Assembly (NCBI RefSeq): GCF_000281045.1
Contig: NW_008246085.1
Coordinates: 84,301-104,300, forward strand
DNA: 20,000 bases
Direction: 5' to 3'
From: Saprolegnia diclina VS20
Lineage: Eukaryota
Numbering within the stretch: the first letter of the stretch is position 1; the number at the start of each line of letters is the position of its first letter. A program made the translations under genes and the position numbers. The notes beneath the pieces are model-generated. The model did no database searches and had not been told where the DNA came from. It was given only the letters and a program-made list of their open reading frames with translations. Below, piece by piece: positions 1-9,969 of this stretch.

Positions 1-668
1 ACGGCCTCGCATGCGACGCCAAACGCAGCTGGGAACGGCACGCAGACGATGGTCTGGATCTCCAGTGTATGATGTAGCGTGATCTTGGGTACGTACTCGT
101 GGCGGTGCAGTGGCGACTCGATCAAGCCGGCTTCGATGAACGCGCTATCGAGGTCGGCAAACACGCGGTCGACGATCGCCGGGATCGCAATGCGCCGGAG
201 CGCCGGGTCGGCCACGAGCACGAGCTGGCGCCATTGGTCGTCTTCGTTGTCAGCGATGAGCGCCATCTTTGGTCGCTTGCGCACAAGGTTGACGAGGCAC
301 TCGGCGAACTGCACCTGCTCCTCGAGCATCTCTTTGAGCCGGCGGTTCTCACGCTGCGAGTCGTGCTGGCGCTTGCGCTCGCCTTTTGCCAGTCGCTCCC
401 AGCGACTCGCGCTGCGCGTCGGGCTCTTCTCCGTTGTGAGCCGAGCAAGCTCGGTGTGCAACGTGTGCACCGTTGCCTTCAAGTACGCGAGCTCGTCCTG
501 CTGCTTCTTGCGGTGCTTGAGCGTGGCGATCTGCTGCTTGGTGCGGGGCGGCGCCTCGCGCGCCAAGTCGTCGCAGATGCCAGCGACGAGCTCCGTCATT
601 GTCGCCGGGTCTGGCAGTAAGATCTCTGCTGCGCCAGGGTCCGAATGCGCGTAAGTACTTGGGCGCAT
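1..668 (-). CDS. bZIP-like/coiled-coil + START-like family paralogue 1 (partial; 3' end lies beyond the left edge of the window)
   Basis: Absent from the ORF track because it has no stop in the window. My translation from ATG 668 (alternative ATG 599): MRPSTYAHSDPGAAEILLPDPATMTELVAG...KQQIATLKHRKKQQDELAYLKATVHTL...SRWERLAKGERKRQHDSQRENRRLKEMLEEQVQFAECLVNLVRKRP...DQWRQLVLVADP...LDSAFIEAGLIE...LEIQTI. It carries the same motifs as the other array members. Confidence 0.9.
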   Translation of the reverse strand, partial: MRPSTYAHSDPGAAEILLPDPATMTELVAGICDDLAREAPPRTKQQIATLKHRKKQQDELAYLKATVHTLHTELARLTTEKSPTRSASRWERLAKGERKRQHDSQRENRRLKEMLEEQVQFAECLVNLVRKRPKMALIADNEDDQWRQLVLVADPALRRIAIPAIVDRVFADLDSAFIEAGLIESPLHRHEYVPKITLHHTLEIQTIVCVPFPAAFGVACEA

Positions 669-733
669 CGATCAACGTCGATCAACGCCGAACGCTGCAA
701 ATCGCTGAAAAAGCCAGCGTGTCAACGCATACG

Positions 734-1056
734 GCGTGTTATAACGCGCGGTCGCCCACCAGGCATCCAACGGACCAATCACATAGCAGTGTTATAACAG
801 TATCGCGTACTGGATTCGTGACGCGATCGACAGGCTTGACACGCGCAGACATACTCATACGTGGCAGCCTCCTGGACTCTCGACGATACTTGCCTGAGAC
901 GCTCCACGTTGTTGCCGGCGTGTTCCGAAGGCGATTGCGCTAGCAGGTGGTCCCTCGCAATCGCCGGGGCGGTCTGACACGTCACGATGACCAAATGACC
1001 CAGTTCCGAGCTCTGCAGACTTGACTTGGAGGCGGTATCACAGACTCATGAGTCAT
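734..1056. promoter_or_regulatory. Putative upstream module of paralogue 1: GCGTGTTATAA (734-744), CCAAT (775-779), GTGTTATAAC (789-798), TACGTGGCA (858-866), TGACACGTCA (975-984), ATGAGTCAT (1048-1056)
   Basis: Motifs read directly from the sequence. TGACGTG[G/T]CA and TGA[C/G]TCA match known bZIP-type consensus sites, and the same motifs recur upstream of other paralogues. Function is inferred. Confidence 0.5.
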
Positions 1057-1080
1057 TCTTGTACATACTACTAGTACGGG

Positions 1081-2202
1081 TCAGTGCGACTCTTCAGACG
1101 AGCTACCGCCGCTCGTGTCGCCATCGACGAGGCTCTCCATGGTCGCAATGAAACCGTCGCAGTAGCTCCCATATAGCTCCATGAGGTACTTGCTCTCCGG
1201 TTCTTGGATCTCGGCGGGTCGAAAGTCTTTGAACGCTGGCTTGGACTTTTGAAAGTACTTGGCAACGACAGTCGCCGTCCCAGTGGGCTCGAGCACGAGC
1301 CAAGAAACTTCTTCCGAGATGTCAAGACCCGGCTCGGTCGGGTGCAGCGCGTCGCTCGTGACGTTGCGCGCTACGATGACGCAGCGACCGGAAGGTTCCA
1401 TGTACCGGCGCATGACGACGCGCCGAAGCATGGTTCCCACTGTGTAGTGGCACACGCTGTGCACATACGCGGTGCTCTCGTCGAGCTCTTCGAGCAGCGT
1501 GTAGACACCACCGACGCTCCGAACGGGATAGGCGCCGCGAATGACGTCCCAGACACAACGGAAGGCAGTCTCGACCGCCGTGTGCATCGTCCACTGCAGA
1601 ATTGTGTGCACTTCGACAGCGCCGTGTACGACATGCGCGAGGTACTGGCGGTGGTCGTGCGTCGAGTCGACGAGCCGCGCTTCAATGTACGCGCCGTCGA
1701 TATTTGCATACTCATCGTCCAACAGCGCATGGGCCGTCGTGACGCGGTGGCTATGGCGCACGCCAAGACTTGCGGTTTTCCACGGCTTTTCGCATGCGGC
1801 GCCAAAGAGCGAGAGTCGCGGCCGCTTGCGCACGATCGCTGCGAGCGACTCGGCAAACTTGACCTGGTCTTGCAGGGTGGCTTGTAGCCTGTCGTTCTCA
1901 CGCACGGCTTGGAGGCGGCGCTTGCGCTCCCGCTTTGCAAGCTGCTCCCAGAGCGACGGCGGCTGGATCATGGCCGTGAGCTCGGCCGACTCTTTCAGGA
2001 CCCGGACTTGCTCTTGAAGCTCGGCGACCTTGGCCTGCAGGTACAGCAGTTCGTTCTTCTGCTTGAGCTGGTGGCGCTGGAACGAGCTGAGCTTCTTTGG
2101 CGACGCGGTCGTAGGCAGCTCGACGCCGCCGAGCCAGGCTTCGACAGCTTTGTGGGCGTCGTCGCCCATTGCTCTGTGGGCGTTTTTAGCTGTCTCCGTC
2201 AT
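1081..2202 (-). CDS. bZIP-like/coiled-coil + START-like family paralogue 2 (373 aa, intronless)
   Basis: Long ORF with first ATG at 2202. Motifs: SSFQRHQLKQKNELLYLQAKVAELQEQV, PPSLWEQLAKRERKRR..VRENDRL..TLQDQVKFA, WDVIRGA, RCVIVARNV..DALHP, EVSWLVLEP, VVAKYFQK. Confidence 0.9.
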   Translation of the reverse strand: MTETAKNAHRAMGDDAHKAVEAWLGGVELPTTASPKKLSSFQRHQLKQKNELLYLQAKVAELQEQVRVLKESAELTAMIQPPSLWEQLAKRERKRRLQAVRENDRLQATLQDQVKFAESLAAIVRKRPRLSLFGAACEKPWKTASLGVRHSHRVTTAHALLDDEYANIDGAYIEARLVDSTHDHRQYLAHVVHGAVEVHTILQWTMHTAVETAFRCVWDVIRGAYPVRSVGGVYTLLEELDESTAYVHSVCHYTVGTMLRRVVMRRYMEPSGRCVIVARNVTSDALHPTEPGLDISEEVSWLVLEPTGTATVVAKYFQKSKPAFKDFRPAEIQEPESKYLMELYGSYCDGFIATMESLVDGDTSGGSSSEESH

Positions 2203-2560
2203 CAACACATTTCATTGGCCAAAACCAAGCGCAACATCGCCATCGCATTGGCCCATTGCGACCTGAGCGGCCAATCACAGCAAAGCAACACCTTCCAGTG
2301 TTGAGGCCGCCTAACATCGACTGGGGGAAGACCACAAAGCTGTCGGGCGCTGCCCGTCGTAGCACGCGCAGCCATTCGCTATTCTCCGAGCGCATCGACA
2401 CCGAATACTTGAGAGTCTTGCAGGATAAATACACTGTAATCGCTATCGATGCAGTGGATCCCGATCCTAGCAATTAATGATCTGCACGTATCATGTGGTC
2501 GCTATCGAGGCGCTGGATAACCCACAAGAAAAATCCAGTGGCTACTCGGTGCTACTATAC

Positions 2561-2612
2561 GTGTATAACGACGTGATAAGATGTTCGGTGTCGTTCCCGC
2601 TATGACGTGGCA
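2561..2612. promoter_or_regulatory. Putative upstream module of paralogue 2: GTGTATAAC (2561-2569) + TGACGTGGCA (2603-2612); CCAAT at 2271-2275
   Basis: Direct reading. Same motif pair and order as at 12303-12343; ACGTGGCAGCCT is also shared with 859-870. Confidence 0.45.
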
Positions 2613-2614
2613 GC

Positions 2615-3760
2615 CTACGCGTCGATTACCGAGTCGTCGGACGAGCTGCCGTCGGTCTGAAGAAGCATGAGCACGGCCCGTTCGAACTGGTACGAGTGAT
2701 CGGCGTAGAGATCCAGGAGGTACTGGCTCTCGATCGTCGCCGCGTCGAGAGGCTTGTCAAAGCAGGGTGTCGATTTCTGAAAGTACTTGACGACCGTCTC
2801 GTTTGGTGCCGTCGCCTCAAACGTCATCCACGAGGCCTCGTCCGAGATGCGCGCATCGACAGGGTACAACGCGTCCTGTGTGACGTTCCGGCCTACGAGG
2901 ACTACTTGGGACGGCGACTCGACGTACCGCCGCATGACGACACGTCGGAGCATCGTGCCCACGGCATAGCGCCGCTCGCTATGCACGTACGACGTGTGCT
3001 CGTCGATCTCTTCCTTGAGCTCGTACGTGCCATCGAGCGACCGGACGGGGTAGGCGCCGCGAAGAATGTCCCAGGCGACGCGCACGACGGCCTCGAGCGG
3101 TCTCATCAGCCGGATGTGCAGAATCGTGTGCACTTGGACGACGCCGTGGAGCAGGACGGCTCGGTGGGCGCGCACGGGGCCTGTCGGGTCGATGAGGTGC
3201 GCCTCGACAAAGGCACTCTCAAGCACCGCGCGGGCCGCGTCCGAAATTTCGTGGCACGTGCGCTGGCGCGAGGGCAAGTCGGCGCAGAGGGCAATGGCTT
3301 CCTGGAGCGCCGTCTCGGTGTCTGCAAAGAGCGCAATGCGCGGCCGCTTGCGTACGATCGCAGCGAGCGACTTGGCAAACTTGACTTGCTCCTCCAACGA
3401 CGCTTTGAGCCGCTCGTTTTCGCGCACGGCAGCGAGCCGGCGCTTGCGCTCGCGCTTGGCCAGCTGCTCCCATAGTGACGGCGGGTCCATGATCGCGCAG
3501 AGCTCATTTGTCTCATGGAGGACGCGCACGTGCTCCTCGAGCGCGGCGACCTTGTCTTGGAGGAACTCGAGCTCGGTTCGCCGCTTGTCTTTGTGGCGGT
3601 AGTACGCCGACCGCTGCTTTCCCTTGCGCACCTGCGCGTCATCTTCGTCATCGTCATCGTCATCCGAGTTGGTCGATGTGCTTGGCGCGGCGCGGCGTGG
3701 GCGGCCTCGCCTCTCGTCAGGAGGCGTTGCGTCACCCGCCGCACCACAATTCGCCATCAT
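2615..3760 (-). CDS. bZIP-like/coiled-coil + START-like family paralogue 3 (381 aa, intronless, N-terminal poly-Asp tract)
   Basis: Long ORF with QRSAYYRHKDKRRTELEFLQDKVAALEEHV, PPSLWEQLAKRERKRRL, WDILRGAYPVRS and VGTMLRRVVMRRY, the last three closely shared with paralogue 2. ATTGG boxes upstream at 3786-3790 and 3817-3821. Confidence 0.9.
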   Translation of the reverse strand: MMANCGAAGDATPPDERRGRPRRAAPSTSTNSDDDDDDEDDAQVRKGKQRSAYYRHKDKRRTELEFLQDKVAALEEHVRVLHETNELCAIMDPPSLWEQLAKRERKRRLAAVRENERLKASLEEQVKFAKSLAAIVRKRPRIALFADTETALQEAIALCADLPSRQRTCHEISDAARAVLESAFVEAHLIDPTGPVRAHRAVLLHGVVQVHTILHIRLMRPLEAVVRVAWDILRGAYPVRSLDGTYELKEEIDEHTSYVHSERRYAVGTMLRRVVMRRYVESPSQVVLVGRNVTQDALYPVDARISDEASWMTFEATAPNETVVKYFQKSTPCFDKPLDAATIESQYLLDLYADHSYQFERAVLMLLQTDGSSSDDSVIDA

Positions 3761-4020
3761 GAACCGTTTGCAGCAATGGACCTGGATTGGTCAAAAAGCT
3801 GCTAAGGACGCGCCGGATTGGCCGATCAGATGGCCTGACTAGCGTCGACAATACTTCCAATTTGTCGACCCAAAATGCACGACAATCTCACCCCGAATGT
3901 CCAAGCAACATCGAATATCTTTTGGTCTAGTTTAATATGTGAATATATCTGATAGGAAGCGCGGTTCGTGGCGCGCATCGAAGCGTTTAGGGCTCGTTGA
4001 ACCACCTTGCAGTGGCGCGG

Positions 4021-4046
4021 CAAGGGTCAATAATTATTGACCCTTG
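4021..4046. repeat. 26-bp perfect palindrome CAAGGGTCAATAATTATTGACCCTTG
   Basis: The sequence equals its own reverse complement and lies in an AT-richer non-coding stretch. Confidence 0.95.
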
Positions 4047-4920
4047 GGTGCGGTTTCGTTCAACCAAGTCCCCAAATCTTATGTATTTCATTCGCGTGGA
4101 CGCCGCGGTGTTGGACGAGGGCTACCCAGCCATATGAATAGTGCTGCTTGAAGTAATACCCGTACTTGGCGCAAAGCTTAGAGCTGAGAGTCCCCATTTT
4201 AGGCCACAACAAGTTGCCCGATCGTCCTATATCTGTTGTTCTGCACTCCGGCCTCGACGACCGGCTGGCTTGAGCTCGTTCAAGACAGATCAAAATCGAA
4301 AGGTGGACTCAAGGGCAAAGCGAAAAATCAGTATACATTAGTGAGCTCGTCACGGGTCCAGAAGACCTCGCGAGGCTCACGATCGAATACCTACTGGCTG
4401 TAGTCAGCACTATGCTAGTATAAACTATACCTTGGCCGGCAGGTTGAAGCAGATAGCGCGCGAACAATTTGACGACACGATTGACGGCACAATTGCCAAC
4501 GCGCTGGTGTGCAACCGGAGTGGGAGTTGCGTCCGGTTCATCAGTCTCGACAAGAGTCGACGCGCTATAGACCATGACGCTGGGAAGGACCTCTCACAGC
4601 GCCTCGTCCGGGGCTCAAGCGACGATACTCGAGCACAACCTGGAGCGGGTACAGGAGACGCTTGCTAGTCTCTGCGCAGTGTTGCAAACACAGCACCTCG
4701 ACCCATCTTGATACTTGATACTTGTAGCCTACAAAGCATCTCCACCAACAAGTTGTAGGTCTTGACGCAACGCGTCGCCTTCCGTGGATGTTTCCATTAC
4801 TTGAACACAGCAATAGCCTTCTAAATTACGACTAGTAGCGTCAAACTCGACCATTGCAGCATTGGACGAAGCGCATACGATATGCAGAGGAAGGTGACGT
4901 GACACAAAACACATTTTTAT

Positions 4921-5020
4921 NNNNNNNNNNNNNNNNNNNNNNNNNNNNNNNNNNNNNNNNNNNNNNNNNNNNNNNNNNNNNNNNNNNNNNNNNNNNNNNN
5001 NNNNNNNNNNNNNNNNNNNN
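4921..5020. other. Assembly gap (100 N)
   Basis: A run of exactly 100 N, typical of a scaffold gap of unknown true size. Confidence 0.99.
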
Positions 5021-5329
5021 CTCTCGTTCAGTCGCCAGCAGCAGCGCGTGTGGGCATAGACAAGGCTGTGCACGTCATGCAAAGCCCAGCGTGACGTCGA
5101 AGGATACTACTCGGCATGTTTCGCATGGCGTGCTCGGGTTCATATTCTGGTTCTGAGCGACACCCAAGGTGCATTGTATCGGCAGCGCGGATTCATATTG
5201 CTGTTCATTGTTTCTGTGTACGAAGAGCACGAGACGCTAGTGGTAGTCTCGACCTGATATCAGGCTCTGCGGTCTCTCAGCTCGGCAATTCATCGCTTGG
5301 TGTCGCCTGCAATTGCATTGACGTCTATC

Positions 5330-6100
5330 CCAAAAGGTCATTTTCATGATGACACAGCTCCATGGGTCATGACAGCTCTCAGTTGAGGCCCAAGCTTCGA
5401 TTCGGACGGCGTCAGAGATTGGTCGCTTAGGAGCACTCGGGCAAGAAGGCAAAGTTCTCGAGCCTTGCCACCTCCAGCACCTCTAAGCGCGTTGATGCCT
5501 GGCGAGTGCGGCACGGGGTCGTCTTTTTTGTTGCTACGGCCGACAACGATCAACGCACGTAGCTTCTTGCCCACTTGTACACGTCATGCTGCAGCACTAG
5601 TACTCACTGCCCCGATTGACCTCGCTGTTGTCAAAGCTACCAGAAGCTCGCCCGACGTGACGATGATATCTGCATGCACGATGGCTCAATGAGCGCTTCA
5701 AAGAGTCGCAACTTTGTCTCAACCTTGAGGCGGATGCTCACGACACCCTTTAGACTCATTGCATGAATGGCCTATTGAGATCGCGGTGGGTGTTAAACAG
5801 ACTTGAATTGCCCGAGTTGCAGCAAGGCCTCTCCAGACAACTAACAGTCTTGATCCAGCAAATGTAAGCTCTGGAGGCGAGATGGAACTTCCCAGCAACC
5901 GCGTCGTGTGTCGGGTCCCTCGTACGTCGTTTTCGTTTTCCCTTCAACCTTTAGTGCCTGACACAGTCTCCTTCTCTGCTAAACATGTCTCTTGTTGACG
6001 ACAGAGCTTCTCGTGGGCTTCGTTGTACTGACGACCTCATACAGCACCAACCGCTGCGGTGTTGAGTAGCTCGGCTGAATTCATCTCATCGCGTCAAGTT
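5330..6100 (-). mobile_element. Probable highly degenerate non-LTR (RTE-like LINE) reverse transcriptase 3' relic; boundaries approximate
   Basis: Stop- and frameshift-interrupted minus-strand peptides occur in the expected order: LKVEGKTKTT (~5925-5955; cf. GL.IN..KTK), AIHAMSLKGVVSIRLKVETKLRLFEALIEP (~5683-5773; cf. A..AF..L..+W....TKLRLY.ALV.P), KKLRALIVVG (cf. LR.ILG), RPISDAV. No intact YADD motif. Recognised by eye only. Confidence 0.35.
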
Positions 6101-6185
6101 CAAGTTCCACCGGCGTCCTCTCACTTGCTGACAATGACGACATCAATCAATACAAGACAGTTCACTACACAAAACACTTGCGCCA

Positions 6186-7298
6186 TCAGCCGTACGCAGC
6201 ACGCGCTTCGGGCTTTGTCTTTGCAAACGCCGCTCGCTGGTGCGCGCCAAACTGCTTGTCGGCTTCGAGGAGGAACATCCGCAGCTCGTTCTGCGACGCA
6301 CCGTGCAGATCCTGCATGTACGTTCGAATCTCGTCGGGCGAGCAGTCGTGTCCGGACGTAAATGGCTGGAGCTTGGTGAAGACCTTGAAGAGGAAGCCCG
6401 ACTCGCACGGCTCGAGGAGCATCCAGCCGACTTCTCGCGCAATGTCCTTGCCGGCTTCAAATGGAAAGAGCTCGTCGTCTTCAACGCTCCGCCACACGAG
6501 GACAAACCGATTTGCCTCGTTGTAGCGCTTGACGATGACGTTGCGGACGCTTGTGCCCAGGGTGTAGTGGCGCTTGGTCGTAATGTAGGTGGTCGAGTCG
6601 TCGACCGTGGTGAGCACCTCACGGAACCCGGTCGGCGACGCAACGAGCACCGCTCCGCTCATAATGTCCCAGATGACGCGGGTCATGATCTCAAAGTCCA
6701 TGGGCGTGTCCAAGCGACGAGGGAGGCGGGCGCAAACGCGGGCTTGGATCTCGAGCGTTTGGTGGAACACGCGTGTCTCGAACGAGTGGGGCACGGCGCG
6801 CGCCTCAACGAGACCCGCCTCCAAGAAGGCGCTGCGCAAGTGTTGGCGCTCGCGGTCCGCCATGGCGTGGTAACCCGAGTAGCGCAGAAGCGGGTCCGCG
6901 CCAAGGCGGAGGTGCTTCCACGAGTCGTTCGGGTCCATCGCAACGGCGAGCGGGCGTGGCGTCTTCTCGATGAGCAGCGAGAGCGCCTGCGCGTGCTCGG
7001 TATACTCCTTCACAGCAACCTTGAGCCGACGGTTCTCGGTCATGCTCTCGCAAAGTCGCTTGCGCTCCGACTTGGCGAGGCGTGCCCACTCGCTCGTTGC
7101 GGGGTGGGCTGCGTCTGCGAGCTCGCGGGCTGCGTGGAGCGCGCGCAGCTGGCCCCGGAGCTCGGTCACTTGGCGCTTGAGCGACGCCGCCTCGGCGTGC
7201 TGCCGGTCCATGTAGCGCTGGTACGGCGACCGCTTGGGCGGCGCGACTTGCGTCGAAGCGTCGTCGTCATACTCGGGCGTCGACAGGAGCGCGTCCAT
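6186..7298 (-). CDS. bZIP-like/coiled-coil + START-like family paralogue 4 (370 aa, intronless)
   Basis: Long ORF with KRSPYQRYMDRQHAEAASLKRQVTELRGQL, SEWARLAKSERKR..MTENRRLK, SAFLEAGLVE, RFVLVWRSVEDDELFP, EVGWMLLEP. GATTGG box at 7365-7370. Confidence 0.9.
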   Translation of the reverse strand: MDALLSTPEYDDDASTQVAPPKRSPYQRYMDRQHAEAASLKRQVTELRGQLRALHAARELADAAHPATSEWARLAKSERKRLCESMTENRRLKVAVKEYTEHAQALSLLIEKTPRPLAVAMDPNDSWKHLRLGADPLLRYSGYHAMADRERQHLRSAFLEAGLVEARAVPHSFETRVFHQTLEIQARVCARLPRRLDTPMDFEIMTRVIWDIMSGAVLVASPTGFREVLTTVDDSTTYITTKRHYTLGTSVRNVIVKRYNEANRFVLVWRSVEDDELFPFEAGKDIAREVGWMLLEPCESGFLFKVFTKLQPFTSGHDCSPDEIRTYMQDLHGASQNELRMFLLEADKQFGAHQRAAFAKTKPEARAAYG

Positions 7299-7799
7299 TC
7301 GTGTACTATCAAAAGCGCGTTACGCAGAACAAAGAAATGACAAGGAAGGATTCGTGTTGCTTGCGATTGGCGCCAGTGAGAAAGCTACTCAGTGACCGCC
7401 CACGAGCTGACACGTTGCAGGTGCCGCCTCTGACGACGACCTTGATATTACTTTGGGTGTTTTGCATGGGGCTGGGAAGCGCCGGTGTCATGATGGCGCC
7501 GCGATTTCTTCGAGCCGTTGGCAACCGCCAGCAGCAACTTTCGTGCTACGGTGGAGTGCACCTTTGGCTCGTCGCTCCACGATGTACGCACCAGATGGTT
7601 GTGCAATGGTGCTGCTCCCTCTCGCTGCACCTCGGCGCTCGTCAACATACTTGGTATCAACGCGTGTACACCGAGATCCAACGCCACACCGACGGTAGAA
7701 TGGCCTTGCTGAAGTGATGACTGTAGCATCCAACTGCTCAGCAAACCTGATGGCTTGTGCCGCTCGACCCCATCGGCGGTGTCTGCTCCGTCGCTGGGC

Positions 7800-8521
7800 G
7801 AACAGAAGTGGTGCCGACTTGGTGGAGACACGCAGTTGTATCATAGATGTAGCCCAAAAGGTCCATCGAAGTAGGCCTCGCGATCTTCTTTCGCGTCGCG
7901 GCGACCGCGCGAGTAGGCGCTTGTTCATGGAAGCCGAGTGATGTAGTCAGTTGTGGACGTTGCGTCTCGCATTGCTCGAACACGACGGGATCTTCGCAAG
8001 ATTCTCCACAAAGTCCAAGGTTCCCGACTACAACAACCTCGGACCTCAAAATGCAAGCCGTGCATGCGACCACTCGTGCAGGACTTCAGTACAATACATT
8101 GTCGTCACAAGGTAAAGGGAATAGCGGGCTGCTTGTGCAGGAGCTCCGAGACGCTATCGGCAAAGTCGGCTTGTTCTTGCACCGCAGCTCGCAATCGTCG
8201 GTTCTCAAAGATCGCGCTGAGCATGCGCCGGCGCTCGTCCCGCGCGAGCTGCCAGTACTCACACGACACTGGGCGATGCCCGATATGCTGCACCGCTTGT
8301 AGCGTGCGAAGAAAGTCTTCGAGGTGGCGGATTTGAACCCGGAGCGCGTCGGCTTGAGCCTGCTGGCGGTCCATGTAGCGCTGGTACGCCGAGCGCGGAC
8401 GGGCTTCAACGAGCGTCGTCAAGATGTCTTGCTCCTCGGGCGTCAAGAGGTGCGAGATCGAGTGCGTTGTCCACGATACGGGCATCGCGGGCACGAGAGC
8501 CGGCGGCTGGCGACTGGTCAT
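7800..8521 (-). pseudogene. Paralogue 5: truncated/decayed copy (intact 138-aa zipper-only ORF at 8105-8521, eroded C-terminal remnants down to ~7800)
   Basis: From ATG 8521: RSAYQRYMDRQQAQADALRVQIRHLE...YWQLARDERRR..IFENRRLRAAVQEQADFA, then TGA at 8105-8107. In frame beyond the stop are LHFEVRG...TLWRILRR...STTDYIT (cf. TLWDVLRG, DSTTYIT). After a frameshift come RLLARS and LRVSTKSAPLLF (cf. VLVWRS, FKVFTKLQPF of paralogue 4). Confidence 0.7.
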
Positions 8522-8800
8522 GGACTCAAGTCGGAGCGAATTGTATACTAACGCCATGTGTGCAGCCATCCAATATTTCACCGGCGCTCCGACAAGAGTC
8601 CACGTCAGCTGCACCCCAACGGCTCCCATGAAAATCGAAGACGCAGAGATGGCTGTTCCAAGCAATCGTATACATCCACTGAATGCATCCACAAGTGACT
8701 TGGTGCACGCGGCCACACACAAGTGGTGGGGCGCGACTGGACGCACCTTCGATGCAATCAGTAGCTTGCCTCCCATGGCGTGACATCGTTCTCGTGCATA

Positions 8801-8811
8801 CTGACACGTCA
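8801..8811. promoter_or_regulatory. CTGACACGTCA bZIP-type site upstream of paralogue 5
   Basis: Identical 11-mer to 974-984, at a similar distance (~280-310 bp) from the ATG. Confidence 0.45.
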
Positions 8812-8880
8812 TGTGATTAGTCAAGATGGACGGTTCGCACGTCTCGCCGTACTGGACGGTGGTCTGCGATCAAGAAATAG

Positions 8881-9969
8881 CTACTTACATCTCAATGTCC
8901 CACGACTCCTCTGGGCGACGCGCTCCTTGACCTCGTTCGTAACGACCTCGGTCGCGTCGCTAAACGTGCTGTGGATGTCGACGAGGTACTCGCTAATGAG
9001 GCGCGGTGACATGTCGCCGTTGCTGGCGCGGAACGGCTGCGTCTTGTGAAAGTACTTGAGCAAAATCGCGTTGTGAATCGGCTCGATGGTGCACCACATG
9101 ACCTCTTTCGAGACGTCGCAGTCGGTCGTGATCGGGTACAACTCGTCGCGTTCGATGCTGCGCCCGACGACGACGCTCCGGTTTGCCTCCTTGTAGAGCT
9201 TGTAGATCATCCGGCGCTGGGTCGATCCGAGTCGGTACGGTTTCGTGTTCATCGAGTATGACACGCTGTCGTCGACTTGGTCGAGGAGCACACGCGTTTT
9301 GCTGCGCGTTGGGATTTTGACTGCACCCCGGAGCACGTCCCATAGCGTCGCAGAGACGAGCGCGAGATGCGTGCTCACGTCGGTGGCGCCATTGAGCGGT
9401 AGCGCCACCGCGTACTTGGATTGAATCTCGAGGGTGTGGCCATGTAGACGCGGCTCGTGGCTTGGCACCTGCGTCTCCGACTCGATGAGCCCAGCCTCGA
9501 TGAACGCGCTGTTGAGAAGTTGGTATTCGCGGTCGACGATCGCATGGAAGGCGTCTCGGCGCGCGCTCGGTTCGCGCACCAAGTGCAGCTCGCGCCACTG
9601 GTCGCGCGGGTCGGTTGGAAAGAGGCAGAGCCGGGGTTTCTTGCGGAGGAGCGAGGCGAGCGACTCGGCAAAGTGGACTTGCTCCTGCACCGCAGCCTTC
9701 AAGCGCTCGTTTTCAACAAGCGCGTCATGCTGCCGCTTGCGCTCGTTCTGTGCAAGCTGCTTCCACCGACCTGGCGGATGCACGGCCTCCTCGACTTCCT
9801 TGTCGAGCATGAGTACCTCGAGCACGCTGTGGAGCTCGGTGATCTTGTCTCGGAGGTACGCCAGCTCTTCTTGCTGCCGGCGCACGTGGCGCGTCGATGC
9901 AGGTACCTTGGCGTCACTGCCGTTGCTGGACGGTGGCGCAGCGTCCCCGTCCTTGTCCCGCGACTCCAT
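8881..9969 (-). CDS. bZIP-like/coiled-coil + START-like family paralogue 6 (362 aa, intronless)
   Basis: Start chosen at ATG 9969 (MESRDKDG) to match paralogue lengths. Motifs: STRHVRRQQEELAYLRDKITEL, GRWKQLAQNERKRQ..LVENERLKAAVQEQVHFA, SAFIEAGLIE, VVVGRSIERDELYP, EVMWCTIEP. Confidence 0.88.
   Translation of the reverse strand: MESRDKDGDAAPPSSNGSDAKVPASTRHVRRQQEELAYLRDKITELHSVLEVLMLDKEVEEAVHPPGRWKQLAQNERKRQHDALVENERLKAAVQEQVHFAESLASLLRKKPRLCLFPTDPRDQWRELHLVREPSARRDAFHAIVDREYQLLNSAFIEAGLIESETQVPSHEPRLHGHTLEIQSKYAVALPLNGATDVSTHLALVSATLWDVLRGAVKIPTRSKTRVLLDQVDDSVSYSMNTKPYRLGSTQRRMIYKLYKEANRSVVVGRSIERDELYPITTDCDVSKEVMWCTIEPIHNAILLKYFHKTQPFRASNGDMSPRLISEYLVDIHSTFSDATEVVTNEVKERVAQRSRGTLRCK

Noticed and set aside
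668..687. Tandem 10-mer TCGATCAACG x2 next to the paralogue 1 start
   Set aside because: A single short local duplication, not seen in other paralogues.
4330..4920. Short ORFs left of the assembly gap
   Set aside because: No recognisable protein motifs or typical codon bias. Possibly degraded repeat DNA, but unsupported.
8522..8824. Hydrophobic N-terminal extension of ORF 8105-8824
   Set aside because: No similarity to the family, and it overlaps the presumed promoter. ATG 8521 fits paralogue spacing better.
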